DNA of 64,000 nucleotides from Entomortierella parvispora E1425 (taxonomy: Eukaryota > Fungi > Mortierellomycota), in NCBI GenBank assembly GCA_020891255.1, contig BQFW01000014.1:1240001-1304000 (forward strand), read 5' to 3'. The notes below the pieces were generated by a model. The model did not search any database. It was not told the origin of the DNA and saw only the letters and a list, made by a program, of their open reading frames with translations. Every line of letters starts with the position of its first letter. Position 1 is the first letter of the stretch. Positions 37,739 through 49,617 of the stretch are shown one piece after another. Made by a program: the position numbers and the translations under genes.

Positions 37739-40700
37739 GAGCGGCAGTTGCGAAAGTGGTGTCTCAACTGATAGACCGTTGATCCTTGGCTGTAATGGCC
37801 AACGATTTCGCTCGTGATCCAGTCCAAGAGCCGTGGTGTCGATGCAGGGGCAACAGGATTCGTTACTGTCGTCGACTTTGAGTCCTTGAGTTTGACACTC
37901 ACACTCTTTCTGGTGGCTCTGCCTGTAAGCTTGGCCTTGGTGCTTGTCTTTGTAGTGGTGGTGCTCTAGGGCCTGTGGCTGCACGGAAAAGGACAAGGAC
38001 GTCTGTGGTAGTGCTGCACGTGGTGGAGATGTGGAAGACGGCGTAGAAGACGGGGTCCTGTTGCAAAAATGCGACGACAGGGGCTCGATTGCTGTAGCAA
38101 ATTGTATAGTAGGATGACAAAGAGGATCAGACAAAGAGGGTGGGAAATGAAGTGGATGAGCAGAGGAAGGATGGTGGTGGTTGTTTTCGGTGAGGGTTCT
38201 TTCAGAGTGTTGCAATTCCCCGTTTGTGTCGCGTGTGAGAGTCTCCTGAGGAGGTGGCTGGAAAGGGGTTTGATTCTGGATTGAAAACGAGCTGTGGTGT
38301 TGCAGGTGTGGGTGTTGTTGGTGCCGCTGATGCTGAAGTGGCTGCGGGAAATCCTGACTGTTGGTTTGCTGTTGCGCCGTTGCTTCCGTTGGGAAAAGGT
38401 AAAAGGGCTCTGAATAATCAGCTATTGGTACTGGTTCAGGGAAAGAGGATGAAAATGGTTCCGGCTCTTGTGCAAAGTGAGGGAGTGATGTTGACGAAGA
38501 TAGAAATGGCAACGGTGTCAAAACTGATTCTAGTGCCACAGATGTGTTGCGAAATGGTTCTGCGCCTGCACTCAAAGCGGTCGAAAGAGAAGGGTCGGGC
38601 AAAAAGAAATCGGCCGAGATTTGGTCGTTCTTGTAGAAGGGCAAGAGGTATTCAGGAAGAGCAATTGAGACAGGGAGGACGCGTGAACAGCAGGCGTTGG
38701 GAGGGCAGGGAGACAGACAGATGAAAAGCAGGAAGCAGAGGAAGGGAGAAGGAGAGACATTGGCAGTTGGTCAGTGATCTTGTGTTCATTGTGTTCGTTG
38801 TGTTCACGAAAAACATTGTACAAAGACGCGTCCAAGAAAAAATGACTGGGCAAGAAGGAGATGGCGCACGGAGTGCTTCGTGCGAGGGGGGACCGAGTCG
38901 CGGGACTACTGATAGACACAATAGCTATCGTGCTGTGTCGCTGCCGCCTTTGTAAAAATCCACCCCAGACACAGCTGAAGCTGCAATGATACTCTGTGCA
39001 GTCTATTGTCTAAGCATGTTCCTCACCCCCGACATTCGTGAATTGAGCAAAGACGAGCAAGAGCAGAAGGAATGCAGGGACAGTAAAAAAGAGGAGAAAG
39101 GAAAAAAATCATCTGCAGCACAAGCACAGTGGGCGGACACGGTACAGAGCAGAGCAACAGATGGCACAGTGGAGGATCAGGAGGTGCGCCAAGAGTAAAG
39201 AAAAATACACCCCTCCTCGGAGTCTTCTCCAGCAGCCATCCTCGGGGAAGCTGGCGATCTCATCGAGGAAGTAAGGTTGGGGGTAAAGCCTCATCCAGGA
39301 ACGAGGATATGGGCCCTGGAGAGATGGCCTGGGACGAAACTTACGATTCTACTGAGAGGTGTAAGGTTTCAATGGTTGTCAAAGTTGAAACGCCAGCGGT
39401 CGATAGGTCTGCGCTTTGAGGTAATGTTGGGGTAGAGAAAGAAGAAGTGAAAACACAAAGTTGGGATGAGGGATGTGAAGTAGTGGGGCGGTATTTATGG
39501 AGAGAGGCAGGATAGGGCGATCTGTGTGAGTGGGCAACAAGATTTCGATATGAGCGGAGGAGAAAAAAGATATCACAGAAGAGAAAGAAACAAAAAATAG
39601 GTACGAAAGAAGGGTCAGAGGGTGAACGGCAGCGAGGCGGCCTTGCTCCTTTTAAGTGTCTCAATCGACACACCGCGGCGCTGTACAGTACAATGCACGA
39701 CCAAAAGGCAATGAGGGAGGCTAAGTGACACTGAGCATGTCTGCTGTGGACACACTGTCGACCATTACACAATCCGCAACCCCTTCCCAGCATGGTCACG
39801 AAAGCTCAAGGAACTCATGGCTTCATGCATCCTTTTAACGAGCAGGAGGGTGGGCAGATGGATCTGCAGGCAATTGATCGAAATGAAAGAGGAAAGAAAT
39901 AACGAAAGGAAAATATAAAAAAAAAAGCATCCATAGAATAAGCGTACTGGGATCTATTTTCTTTCATCCGGCCATCCCTCCGGCCTTCCCGCCAAAAAAA
40001 ACCAGAAACGAAAACGAGGGGATAAGGGTTGCCTGGTTGTTGACCGTGCTACCCAGTGTGTGTGACCAGGTTGCTGTTCCCCTATTGTTGAAGGAAGGGA
40101 CAACCGTCCGCGTTCTCATTCATGCAACTGTAAAATGAAATAAAAGTGGCGGGAAAAACTAGCGGTCGTACAAACAAACAAACGGCGACAACCTCGAAGT
40201 GAACTGGAGCGATTGAATAGAATGGACAGGGGTGCCATCATCATCTGGATAGGGCAAGTGATGGGTACTAAGATGATACTCAGCAGAAAACAAGGAACGA
40301 AAGGGAATACCAGAAAAGCACTGCTGGCAAGAAGCTATCTATCATCATGATCCTGAGTCGCCTCTCGTCGACTCTTTCCTCCATCGCGCGCACACCCTAT
40401 TTCCTCAAGGCCTGTTTCCTCTCCTCTCTTCCCCCTTTTCTCTCTCACGTACAGACCCTTTAAATCCGTCTCCACTCTGCCTTTTTTTTTCCCGCGGGCC
40501 TGTCATCTTTTTCCCAGAGAATAGATGCAGAGCGGATGGTATAGAATAAAGATTGTGATAGAGTAATCACAGCAAAGATGCATGCACAAAAGAAATGTTG
40601 CATGGTGCGACCATGCCCTTTTGAATTGAAGAGAGAAAGATGACACAGAGACATGAAAATGGACTTGAGGTTGCTCCTGCATATGTAGCTCTTTACCTTT

Positions 40701-41501
40701 GCCTGTTGTCCATCCCATCGATCGACTTCTCTGCAGTTCAGGTGCTGCTGAGGCAGTCGATTCTCCATCAGAGCCTCCACAGCACTTGCCGACAGGGATG
40801 ATGAGAGTGGTTGTGTTGGGCCAACATCTTCGTCGGCCAATGTGCCGTTCTGTCGATTGACGCTACCCCCACGGCCGGGAGATTGTTGCAGGGACGAAGA
40901 GGGGGACGGTGGGGACATTTGATTTGCTGCCACAGAACCAGGTGGGTAGCTACAAGAAAGGACACCCGGACATCAGAGCAAGATCTGAAGGCGAGCTGTA
41001 CATGTACACTACAGTACACTACAGGTAGATACACCGATTGTCTGCACCTCCCGTCTCTCTTCCCCACGCGCAACCCTAACCTTGTCCCAGCCGTCCCACT
41101 CATCTCCCGACAGAGCGGCCGTCGCCGACGATCCCATCGCAACCACTGTACCCAAAGCGTTGTAAAGCTGTACAGTACCTACTGTAAATCCTTACCAAAC
41201 CAGGAATATGGCATGTACACTTTGTCCGTTCTTTTGTTCTAACCTCACTCGGGAAAGCGGGCAAGGGAAGATGGACGGGCGGTGAGTGTATTTTGCAGCA
41301 AGAGAATGAACGCAAACTGGAGGATAGGGAGAAGAGCAGGAAGGGAAAAGAAGGGAAGGAAGGAAGGAACGAAAGAGAGAGGAAAGAAGAGCAAGAAGAG
41401 ACGAAATCAACACAAAGAAAGGTGAGGAGGATCGGGCACCATCCTCGCCGTGGCTTCTCTTTCCTCTCTCCCCCATTTTGTTGTCTCCTTTTGCCTTTCT
41501 G

Positions 41502-41694
41502 TCTCTCTCTCTCTCTCTCTCTCTCTGCCATGTCCCCCGTCCATTCTGGCCAGCAAGCAAGCATGCCAACAAGCAAGCAAACCCTCAAACACTGCCATCG
41601 CATCGCTGATAAAATGGACATGCCCCACTGAGACAGGAGGAAATAGGCTCGACGTTCACTGATGTGTGATGGGCGATGATGGCTCGCTTTACCC

Positions 41695-41728
<34 letters not shown>

Positions 41729-41961
41729 GCTGAAGGAGTGATCGATCAGTCACTTCTCTCCATCTCTTCCCATCCTTCTCTATCTCTCCTTCATTCCCTC
41801 ACAAATAGATCCTCCTTCCCCACCAGCCCCGTTCCCGCTTCGACGCGGGATTGAGTTGTTTTGAGAGAGCACACGTTCCGTTGGCTGAAATCATTTCGAA
41901 CCCTCCTTTCCTCGCCCTCTCTCCCTCCTCTCCCTCCTCTCCCTCCTCTCCCTCCTCTCCC
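41502..41961. repeat. Cluster of simple repeats: (CT)n 41502-41526, (ATT)n ~41704-41728, (CTCTCCCTC)n 41919-41961
   Basis: Tandem units seen directly in an intergenic region. Confidence 0.85.
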
Positions 41962-42741
41962 ACTATCTCTCCTCTCCTCTCCTCTCTCTTCTTTTTCTCC
42001 TCGAGGGGATAACGGCCAACCGTCAATTGGGTTTACATTCCTAGCGTGCACCTCACAGGAGATACAGAGCGTTTATCCGACAGGAAGTACTCCGACCGCT
42101 TCCACGCATTGGTGCACTGCTATTAATTCTCTCAAGTCAGTGCGTCGTTAAATCACCGCTGAAGCAGGGATCCCCCTTTCTGGGACACCCAGGTGGCCCC
42201 TGATCACTGATGGATGTTCGGTGGTTTTTTTTTTGTTCCTTTCCTCCCCTTGTCGGCTTAGATAGGCCGTGCCCTTCGTGTTTCCCAGCAAATATTCCAC
42301 TGAAATGGACAGACAACAACAGCAACAACAACACAAAAGAGCAATTTGAAGGCAAGGGAACGATTGCCCAAGATATCCCGACTGTTCCACCATGCGTCTG
42401 TTAATTGGTCCCTGAAGAGTCAAGTTGCGCAAGGAGGATGCAGAGATCATTCTCTTTCCATGTTCTTCCCGCGTGTGCTCTTTTTCTCTTCTTTTCTGTT
42501 TACTCTGACTTGTTATTTGTACTGTGCGGCACTCTTTCTCATATCAAAGGTACATAAAAGAAACACCTCAAGAGAAACAACGACAACCTACCGGATTTCT
42601 TACCAGACTCCTCCCCCTCTGAACTGAATGGCGCAACTCGTGCGCGCAATGACCCTTTTCTTTTTGATTCTCAAAAGAAGGCGTGGGTGGAGGTGAAGCT
42701 CCAGGACCCAAACATGCAAACAATAACTCAGGAACAAAAAC

Positions 42742-42772
<31 letters not shown>

Positions 42773-43627
42773 TCCTAGAACAAGCACAAAGATAGAAGCG
42801 CGGGAAAACAAAGTTTTTTTTTTTTTTGTTGTTTGATGAATGAAAGAGGCAGAAGGCGCTTTCTTTCGGTTGTGGTTGTTGCGCGCCAATGTTGTGTTGC
42901 GGTTGCTTTTGGTGTTGCTTTTGTTGATCATGGAAAAGAAAAAGGCGGGCGACGATGCGCTTTGGCACATACCCATGGAAATATTTTTTACCTTTCGATT
43001 GTTTTAAACTCGACATCAAGTGCAAACACGCGAAGAATTCATTTGTGGACAAAGCACCCCATCCCGCTTGACATGCTATCTGTTCGCTACAATGGGCTTG
43101 ATTGGTGTCTTTCCAGTCAACCTCGAAAGCCAGACTCCCTCTCCCTGGATACACCGGCCAAGACGTACAAGCTCATGCAATTTACCTATTGCGCATGCTT
43201 CGCGCGCCATGCCCAATTTGCAACCTCGCATGAAAGAGAAAAAGAAAAAGAAATTGGCGCGGGACCAACGCGCCCCGTTGATATATCTACAATAGTCGCT
43301 CTTGGCAACTTTTCTGTTCATGCAAGTCTGTGAGAAAACATGATCGTGGCTGGATGATTAACAAGTGCAAATGAAGTGATAAAGCGAAAGGGTAAAAAAA
43401 AAATACTGACAAAACTCGTTTATCGCGAGCTATATCATCGCTACCATGGTCGTTGCTCGCGTCCTATGACAGTCGTAAAAGTCGGCCGTCCTTGATATAA
43501 AATGACAGCGGGAACCGAGATGCCTACTAGCCTCATTGAACTCTCCAACGTCAAATACGACAGCACACAACAGCAACAAGCCCATCCTCTTCAGAAATCC
43601 CATTATCAGTTTCTTTACGCTTCCACA

Positions 43628-44071
43628 ATGACACACTGCAAACGTTTCTTTGTCTCTTTGGCCGCTGCTGTAGCAGTGGTTGCACGACTTGTCTCTGCGT
43701 CACCCTGCGTCGATGGACCTGGTGCCATTGGCTGTGTTGGTAGCTTTGGCTCCGCTATCGGTGGAATCGGGGTCGTCGGAGGCGGCATCGGAGGAGAGTG
43801 CGGAGGGGGGATCCCTGGGAATGACTGCTCTACCGATATCCCTGTCCAGCCCACTACTATAAGCCCAGAGACGGATTTTTTACCTGTGACCAATGTGTTG
43901 CCACAGGTCAACGTTCTCCCGACAGCCTTCAATGACTACTCGTGCGATGACGGATACGGAGATGACCTTGGCTATGGTGGTTGTGGTGGCTATGGTGGCT
44001 ACAGCGGCTATGGCGGCTATGGCGCAGGTGCTTTTGGCTATGGAGGCGGCATCGGAGTGATTGGCTGCTAA
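43628..44071 (+). CDS. Small secreted Gly/Tyr/Cys-rich protein (147 aa), paralog B
   Basis: Signal peptide MTHCKRFFVSLAAAVAVVARLVSA; motif TTISPETDFLPVTNVLPQVNVLPT shared with 23656-24096; GGYGGY repeats. Confidence 0.8.
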   Translation: MTHCKRFFVSLAAAVAVVARLVSASPCVDGPGAIGCVGSFGSAIGGIGVVGGGIGGECGGGIPGNDCSTDIPVQPTTISPETDFLPVTNVLPQVNVLPTAFNDYSCDDGYGDDLGYGGCGGYGGYSGYGGYGAGAFGYGGGIGVIGC

Positions 44072-45010
44072 GACGGTCTTCCTTATCAGTGGACAACTAG
44101 ACATCTGACAGAGAGGAGAGAGAGAGAGCGAGAGAGAGAGGAGAGACAAAGTGACAGAGAGACAGACAAGGGGCCATACAGGAGTAATAAAGGTCTTGTG
44201 TTGCCTCGGACAAAAAAAGAAAAAAAACATGAAAGAGGATCAAGACACCATTATGAAGGTGATGAGCAGAATTGAGCTGAGCAGAGCAGCAGAGCAGAGC
44301 AGAGCAAGACAAGAGCAGAGCAACAACAGCAAACAAAAAAAAAGAAAAAGAAAAAAAAAAGGACCAAGAACGACAGCAGGAGCAGGCACAGCGGACCCAC
44401 AAACCCAAGCCATCGAAGGACGCCCCTGCACCAACAAATCAAAGTCCTCCAGGCGAGGGTCCATCGATCCATCCCAGTCCAGCAGAGACAGGCTCTATTT
44501 TTATATATTTCCGTCCAATTGCAATAAGACCATTGCGATAATAATGTTGGATCAGCCCCTGCCCTGGCCATGGCCACAGACGCCTTGGTGGCACAACAGG
44601 CGCACTAGTGCTAATGAAGTGGTGTCTTAGTGCACAACTCCAAAGAGCGAGTGGGCGATGACAGCACCTTCATGAACCTCGTTCTTCTTTTAGTTCCAGT
44701 CCAATGATCTATCGAGCACCCCTTCCAACCTTTTTCTCTTGACTCCGTCATTGCGCTATCCTTCCCCTCTCTTCTCTCTTCTCTCTTCTATCTTCACCTC
44801 AACTTCCTTCTCCTTCTCCTCCTTCTCTTCCGTCTCTTCCTCTCCGCCCCTGTCCTCTTCCTTTTCCACGCCTGCAATTTATTATTTCTGCAGTGCAACC
44901 TTCTTCCCCTGTTGTGGTGGTCTGTTTGTTTCGCCCCTGTCCATCTCATTCATCCTTCGCTTTCTTCATCTGCACTCTTCGCGTCTCTTCATACCTCTCT
45001 CGACAATCTA

Positions 45011-46705
45011 ATGCCTTCCTCTCCAAAGACCCCAAAGCACACCCTGGGACTGCCGGCCCGCTACCCGTCGAAAGGACGACGCTGCCACTCCCAACGGCGA
45101 ATCCTCTTCCTCTTCTCACTTGTGCTTTTCGTCTCCTCAGGGTCATTACTCATCCTTCACATCACTACCTCATCCTTCTCCCGGTCGTCCGACTCTCTCT
45201 CATGTTCAGCCTCATCCTCAAGAGGTGAATGTGCCCCTGCCCCAAGACGTCAGCGCTGGCGACCCGACTATGACGAGGACAATAGCAAAGGCAGCGCAAA
45301 CGGCTATTATGACCCCGAGCCACAAGAACAAAACAATAGCCCCTTCAGGGCCCACGATCGCGGAAGGAACGCCCTCCCTCACCCTCCTGCAGAGAACAAC
45401 GTTGTCGAGAATCAGGATCCATCAGGATTGAGGATACCAGCCTCTGGTCCAAAGCAAATACAGGATCAGAACGTGGTCGCACCCTCAACCACTGAGCAGG
45501 ACGAAACGACGAGAGCTTCCTCTGAAAAGAATGAGCAATCTTCAGATGGAACATTGACGGAAACATCCAAGAACTCTGAAGAGAACCTCAGCGAGAACAA
45601 GGAAAACATGGAGCAGGCGCCCGTGGTGGATCATTATCCATCCTTCGCAGAGAGTCTTGACCCCGAGGACTCGACAAAATACCTGACCTACCTGCCATAC
45701 GCCGGCATCACCAATCAGTTTTATGGCATTCTCCGAGGCGTGGAGGTTGCCAGGGCAACAGGCCGCACGTTGATTATCCCTCCAATTACTGCCTCGAGCC
45801 ACGACAAGTCCAAGCAGAATCAGCCTTGGTCAAAATTCCTTGACCTGGAGAGGTTTTCAAAGCTCGCCAACGTCAAGGTGGTCGAGTTCCACAAGCTCCG
45901 AAACGCCGAACAGACAGAGATCCACGAACTCAAGTGCGGTATCACCTGTGGCTTTGGATCCAAGAGAACGATTGATTTCACGGCCAAGGGGTTCTTGAAG
46001 CAGTGGAAAATGAACGTTACGCTGGAGGCTCTTCCCAAGGATGCTGGTGATTTGAAGACGATCAGCTCGATGCTGAACACGCGCAGTGAAGAAAAGTACC
46101 TGTGCATCTCCAACACGTACAAGATCCTAGTCGAGGACAGATCTGAGTGGGAGCGGTTTGGCCAGCACCTGCACTTTACCGAGGAGCTGGAGGAGTTTAC
46201 ACGAGAATTCCTGGACAGACAGCTGAAGAGACCCGAGCCTGTTCTGGACCCAAAGACAAAGACCGTGGTGAGCCCACCTCATGAATACCTGGCGATCCAT
46301 GTCCGGAGGGGCGACTTTGTGCCTTACTGCCAGACCAACTTTAAGGGACCCAAGCTGATCCACTGCTTGCCCTCAACAGAGCAGGTTGCGGAAAGGATCG
46401 ATGCTGTTCAAACTCGGTTGAAGGCCGAGCGAGGAACGCCCGACATGTTGCCTCTGCCAGTCTTTGTCGCCACAAATGAAAAGGAACCAGAGGAGCTGAA
46501 AAAGTTTGCCGAGTTGGGATGGCTTACTTTGGACCATTCGACCATGGGCACGGCAGAGGCTCTGGGCGTTTTCGGACCGATGATGGTCGACCAGGTCTTA
46601 ATGGCGCACGCGCAGGCCTTGGTCGGCATTCAGATGAGCACATTCTCAAGAGTAGGAGCTCTTCGTCAAAGGGACTGGCACAAGCATCCCATCGAGTACA
46701 TGTAA
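45011..46705 (+). CDS. GDP-fucose protein O-fucosyltransferase-family (O-FucT) glycosyltransferase
   Basis: Type II TM anchor and stem; YLTYLPYAGITNQ, RTLIIPP, YLAIHVRRGDF, VFVATNE, VDQVLMAHAQALVGIQMSTFS motifs; single exon. Confidence 0.85.
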   Translation: MPSSPKTPKHTLGLPARYPSKGRRCHSQRRILFLFSLVLFVSSGSLLILHITTSSFSRSSDSLSCSASSSRGECAPAPRRQRWRPDYDEDNSKGSANGYYDPEPQEQNNSPFRAHDRGRNALPHPPAENNVVENQDPSGLRIPASGPKQIQDQNVVAPSTTEQDETTRASSEKNEQSSDGTLTETSKNSEENLSENKENMEQAPVVDHYPSFAESLDPEDSTKYLTYLPYAGITNQFYGILRGVEVARATGRTLIIPPITASSHDKSKQNQPWSKFLDLERFSKLANVKVVEFHKLRNAEQTEIHELKCGITCGFGSKRTIDFTAKGFLKQWKMNVTLEALPKDAGDLKTISSMLNTRSEEKYLCISNTYKILVEDRSEWERFGQHLHFTEELEEFTREFLDRQLKRPEPVLDPKTKTVVSPPHEYLAIHVRRGDFVPYCQTNFKGPKLIHCLPSTEQVAERIDAVQTRLKAERGTPDMLPLPVFVATNEKEPEELKKFAELGWLTLDHSTMGTAEALGVFGPMMVDQVLMAHAQALVGIQMSTFSRVGALRQRDWHKHPIEYM

Positions 46706-47180
46706 CATATTTTCTCCTTTCCCACCATTGCCAGTTCTCCATTTTTACGTACGTTCGCCATTTAGACCTCTTGCCTCTTTCAAATCTGCTTTTTGTTATG
46801 CTCGTTGTTTTCTGAAGATACCACACATCATTTATCCCCTTCCATTCCCATTTAAAATATATTTCATGACCCTTGCATTGTGTCAAGCACCCCATCTTCT
46901 GACAGCTTCAATTGATGTGTCTGATCGATCTTTTTTTTATTGAAACTGCTCTTCAACACCGCACAATGGGAGAGTGTGGTGCTTTTGTTTAATTTGCGTG
47001 GTCGCGAACAAATGTTTTCTCTGAGAACAAGAAGGTTTTATATATATTACAGGGTAAGAGAGGATTATTTTAGAAGTCTAGCAATCCAAGTTGGGGGGGA
47101 TGTTGTTACAAGCAGAAAAAAAAGAGAGTGGGGAGTGAAAGTGGAACTTGAGAGGCGTGCAAAAAAAAAGAATGCACTCT

Positions 47181-49617
47181 CTAATGGGCAATAACAGAAG
47201 CAGACTGAGCAGGCAGCTCAACTGCTTGCTCAAATGACTTGACAACAGGCTTAGAGTCTCCTTCCTCGACTGCAGTCGCGTTATCTGAGTCTGCGACGGA
47301 GCCCTCGACCGTGACCTGAGCCTGGGCCTCGTCAACAATAGGGGTGCTGTTCTGGTTCTCAACGGCAGGACGAGGTCTGGGGTGCGGGTTGGAGATCGCA
47401 TCAGGCGTGTCCCCCAAATGATGGGGGTGGTAGGGGCACATGTAATCAATCGTGCAAGCATCGATGCTCTTGACCCAGGGGTCGGCCAGGACCTCAGGCA
47501 TCAAGGCGCGCTTGCTGGGGTCCATCTCCAACATGCGTCCCAGGATGCGACGACTCTCACGGGGCATCAGCTTCAAAAGGCGAGCCTTGCCAGCACCACT
47601 GGCCTTGGCATAGGCTTCGAAGGAAGGATCGACCTCCACTCGTGGCAGGGTCCAAGGGAAGCGACGGAGGGTCATGCAGACAAAGATGATACCCAATGAC
47701 CAGACATCGGCCAGGCGAGGGTCATGTTCGTCAGCGGTAAAGACCTCAGGAGCAATGTAAGGGTCAGAGCCAGAGACGCCTAAAATAGTTTCCAAGATAA
47801 AAATTGAGCACAAAACCAGAAGGATGTTAGCAAATCAAGAAACGTGAATGACCTTCTCGTTGTTCTTTTTTTGTAGTTTGCAGGGAGGGCTGTTTACCTT
47901 TGGCCATTTCGATCTTTTTCTCAAAGGGCAGCTGGTACACCATGGAGCATCCAAAGTCGATGATTTTGACAATGCCTCGCTCGTTCATTACGCAGTTGTC
48001 CAACTTCAAATCCCTGTGGGCGACGCCCATCTCGTGGAGATAGCCCACACCTTCGGCAATGCCCTTGAAGCAGCACGCCACTTCATCACGACCCATGTGT
48101 CCGCCCATCACGGCCGTGAACAGCTCGTGCTTAGCAAACTCCATGACTTCATAAAAGTTGTCAGACTCCTGGACAATGTCCAAGGTCTCAATGATGTTTG
48201 GGTGATGCAGGGTCGAGCCTAGGCAGTACTCGGACGTGATCTTCTTGATATAAGACCGCTCCGACTCTGTGGGCTTGCGCTTCCGGAACTGTTTGATGGC
48301 AAACATCTTGTGATCCGAGTCTCTGGAAATCAGGCGAACGGTACCCCCGGCACCCTTGCCAAGGATCTTGCCCATCTTGCCGTACTTCTTGCGAAGGTCC
48401 GTCTCGATATAATTTCCATGAGCCTCCTGTTGATGACGACGCTTGTGATGATGACGATGGCCGAGCGATTGGGCCTTGGAATTGTTATCCGATGAGCTGT
48501 CACTGCTGTGGGATGACGACTTTTTCACTTTGGGCTTGACAACCTCCACGTTGACCGGCGTCAATCCGGTGGGTGAGAGCTGAGGAGAATTCAAGTTGGA
48601 GCTAGAGTTGGAACGGGCCTTGAGGAACCGCTTCAAATCATGAAAGATACCATGGGAGGTGTTGCGGGCCGTCTTCTTGTTGTCTTTGCGCTTGAAGAAG
48701 CTCGAGGAGGACTTTGGGCTGGTCTTTGGGGACTCTTGAGCGGGCTCGACGACCACAGGCACTGCTGCTACAGACGATGTCGCCACCGACTCTGAATCAG
48801 ACTCGTTCGAGTGCGAAGATATCGAGGGCGCGACCATCGTCGCCGACTCGGAGAGCTCTTCCTCCTGCGCAATTTCAATCTCATCATTCTGTTGCACAGC
48901 AGCTGAAATCTTGGAGGGCTTGGGAGGCTGTTGCAGCAAAAAGTCTTGAGGGATTGAGGCCGAGGACTGACGTGCATGGGTCGACAGGTGGTGACGATGA
49001 TGGAGATAATGGTGAGGAGTATGTGGGTGGAGAGGACGCTGCTGACGCTGCTGGTGTGAGTGCAGGTGGCCATCCTCGTCATCGTGCGAATTCTGTCTTG
49101 AGGCCTCCATAGACGCTGCCTCGGAGACCAAGACGTCAGTCGAATCCGAATGGATCCTTGCCAGGGCAAGGTCATGCAGAACCGAACTAGAAGAGTTTTG
49201 ACGGTGACCATAAGGATGATAGACACGCTCCCCTTGGATACGTGGCGACGATGACAAAGAAGAAGAGGATGAGATCGTGTCGGTGGGTGAATCCGGGCCG
49301 GCAGCAGCGGCAGCGTGTTCAGAGTCCGAGACCTGCTCAAGACTGGACACGTCTGCGTTCTTGTCGTCTGTTTCTTGCTGTTCCCGGGATAGTGACTCGC
49401 TGACAACCAACCTGGAGGAGGCGTTGTGGAGGATATGGGAAGTGCTGTAATCGAATCGACCCTGCAACTGGGCCTCGATGGTGAAGGATTGGGGCATGTC
49501 GCTGTTGCGATCATCGTCCAAAGAAAGAGACGAGCGTGCTAGAGGCGACACTGGGATGGTTCTTTTGGCAATTGGTGAGGTAGCGCTGCTGGCCTGGGTA
49601 GGATTGGAAGAGACCAT
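47181..49617 (-). CDS. Ser/Thr protein kinase, fungal HAL/NPR/HRK (Sat4/Hrk1-like) family
   Basis: [47 protein letters not shown]; intron ~47897-47782 joins to [25 protein letters not shown]. Confidence 0.92.

Noticed and set aside
41100-43400. Several 100-180-aa ORFs in the repeat-rich intergenic region
   Set aside because: They derive from (CT)n, poly-A/T and purine-rich tracts (REREK/FFFF-type composition) with no coding signature.
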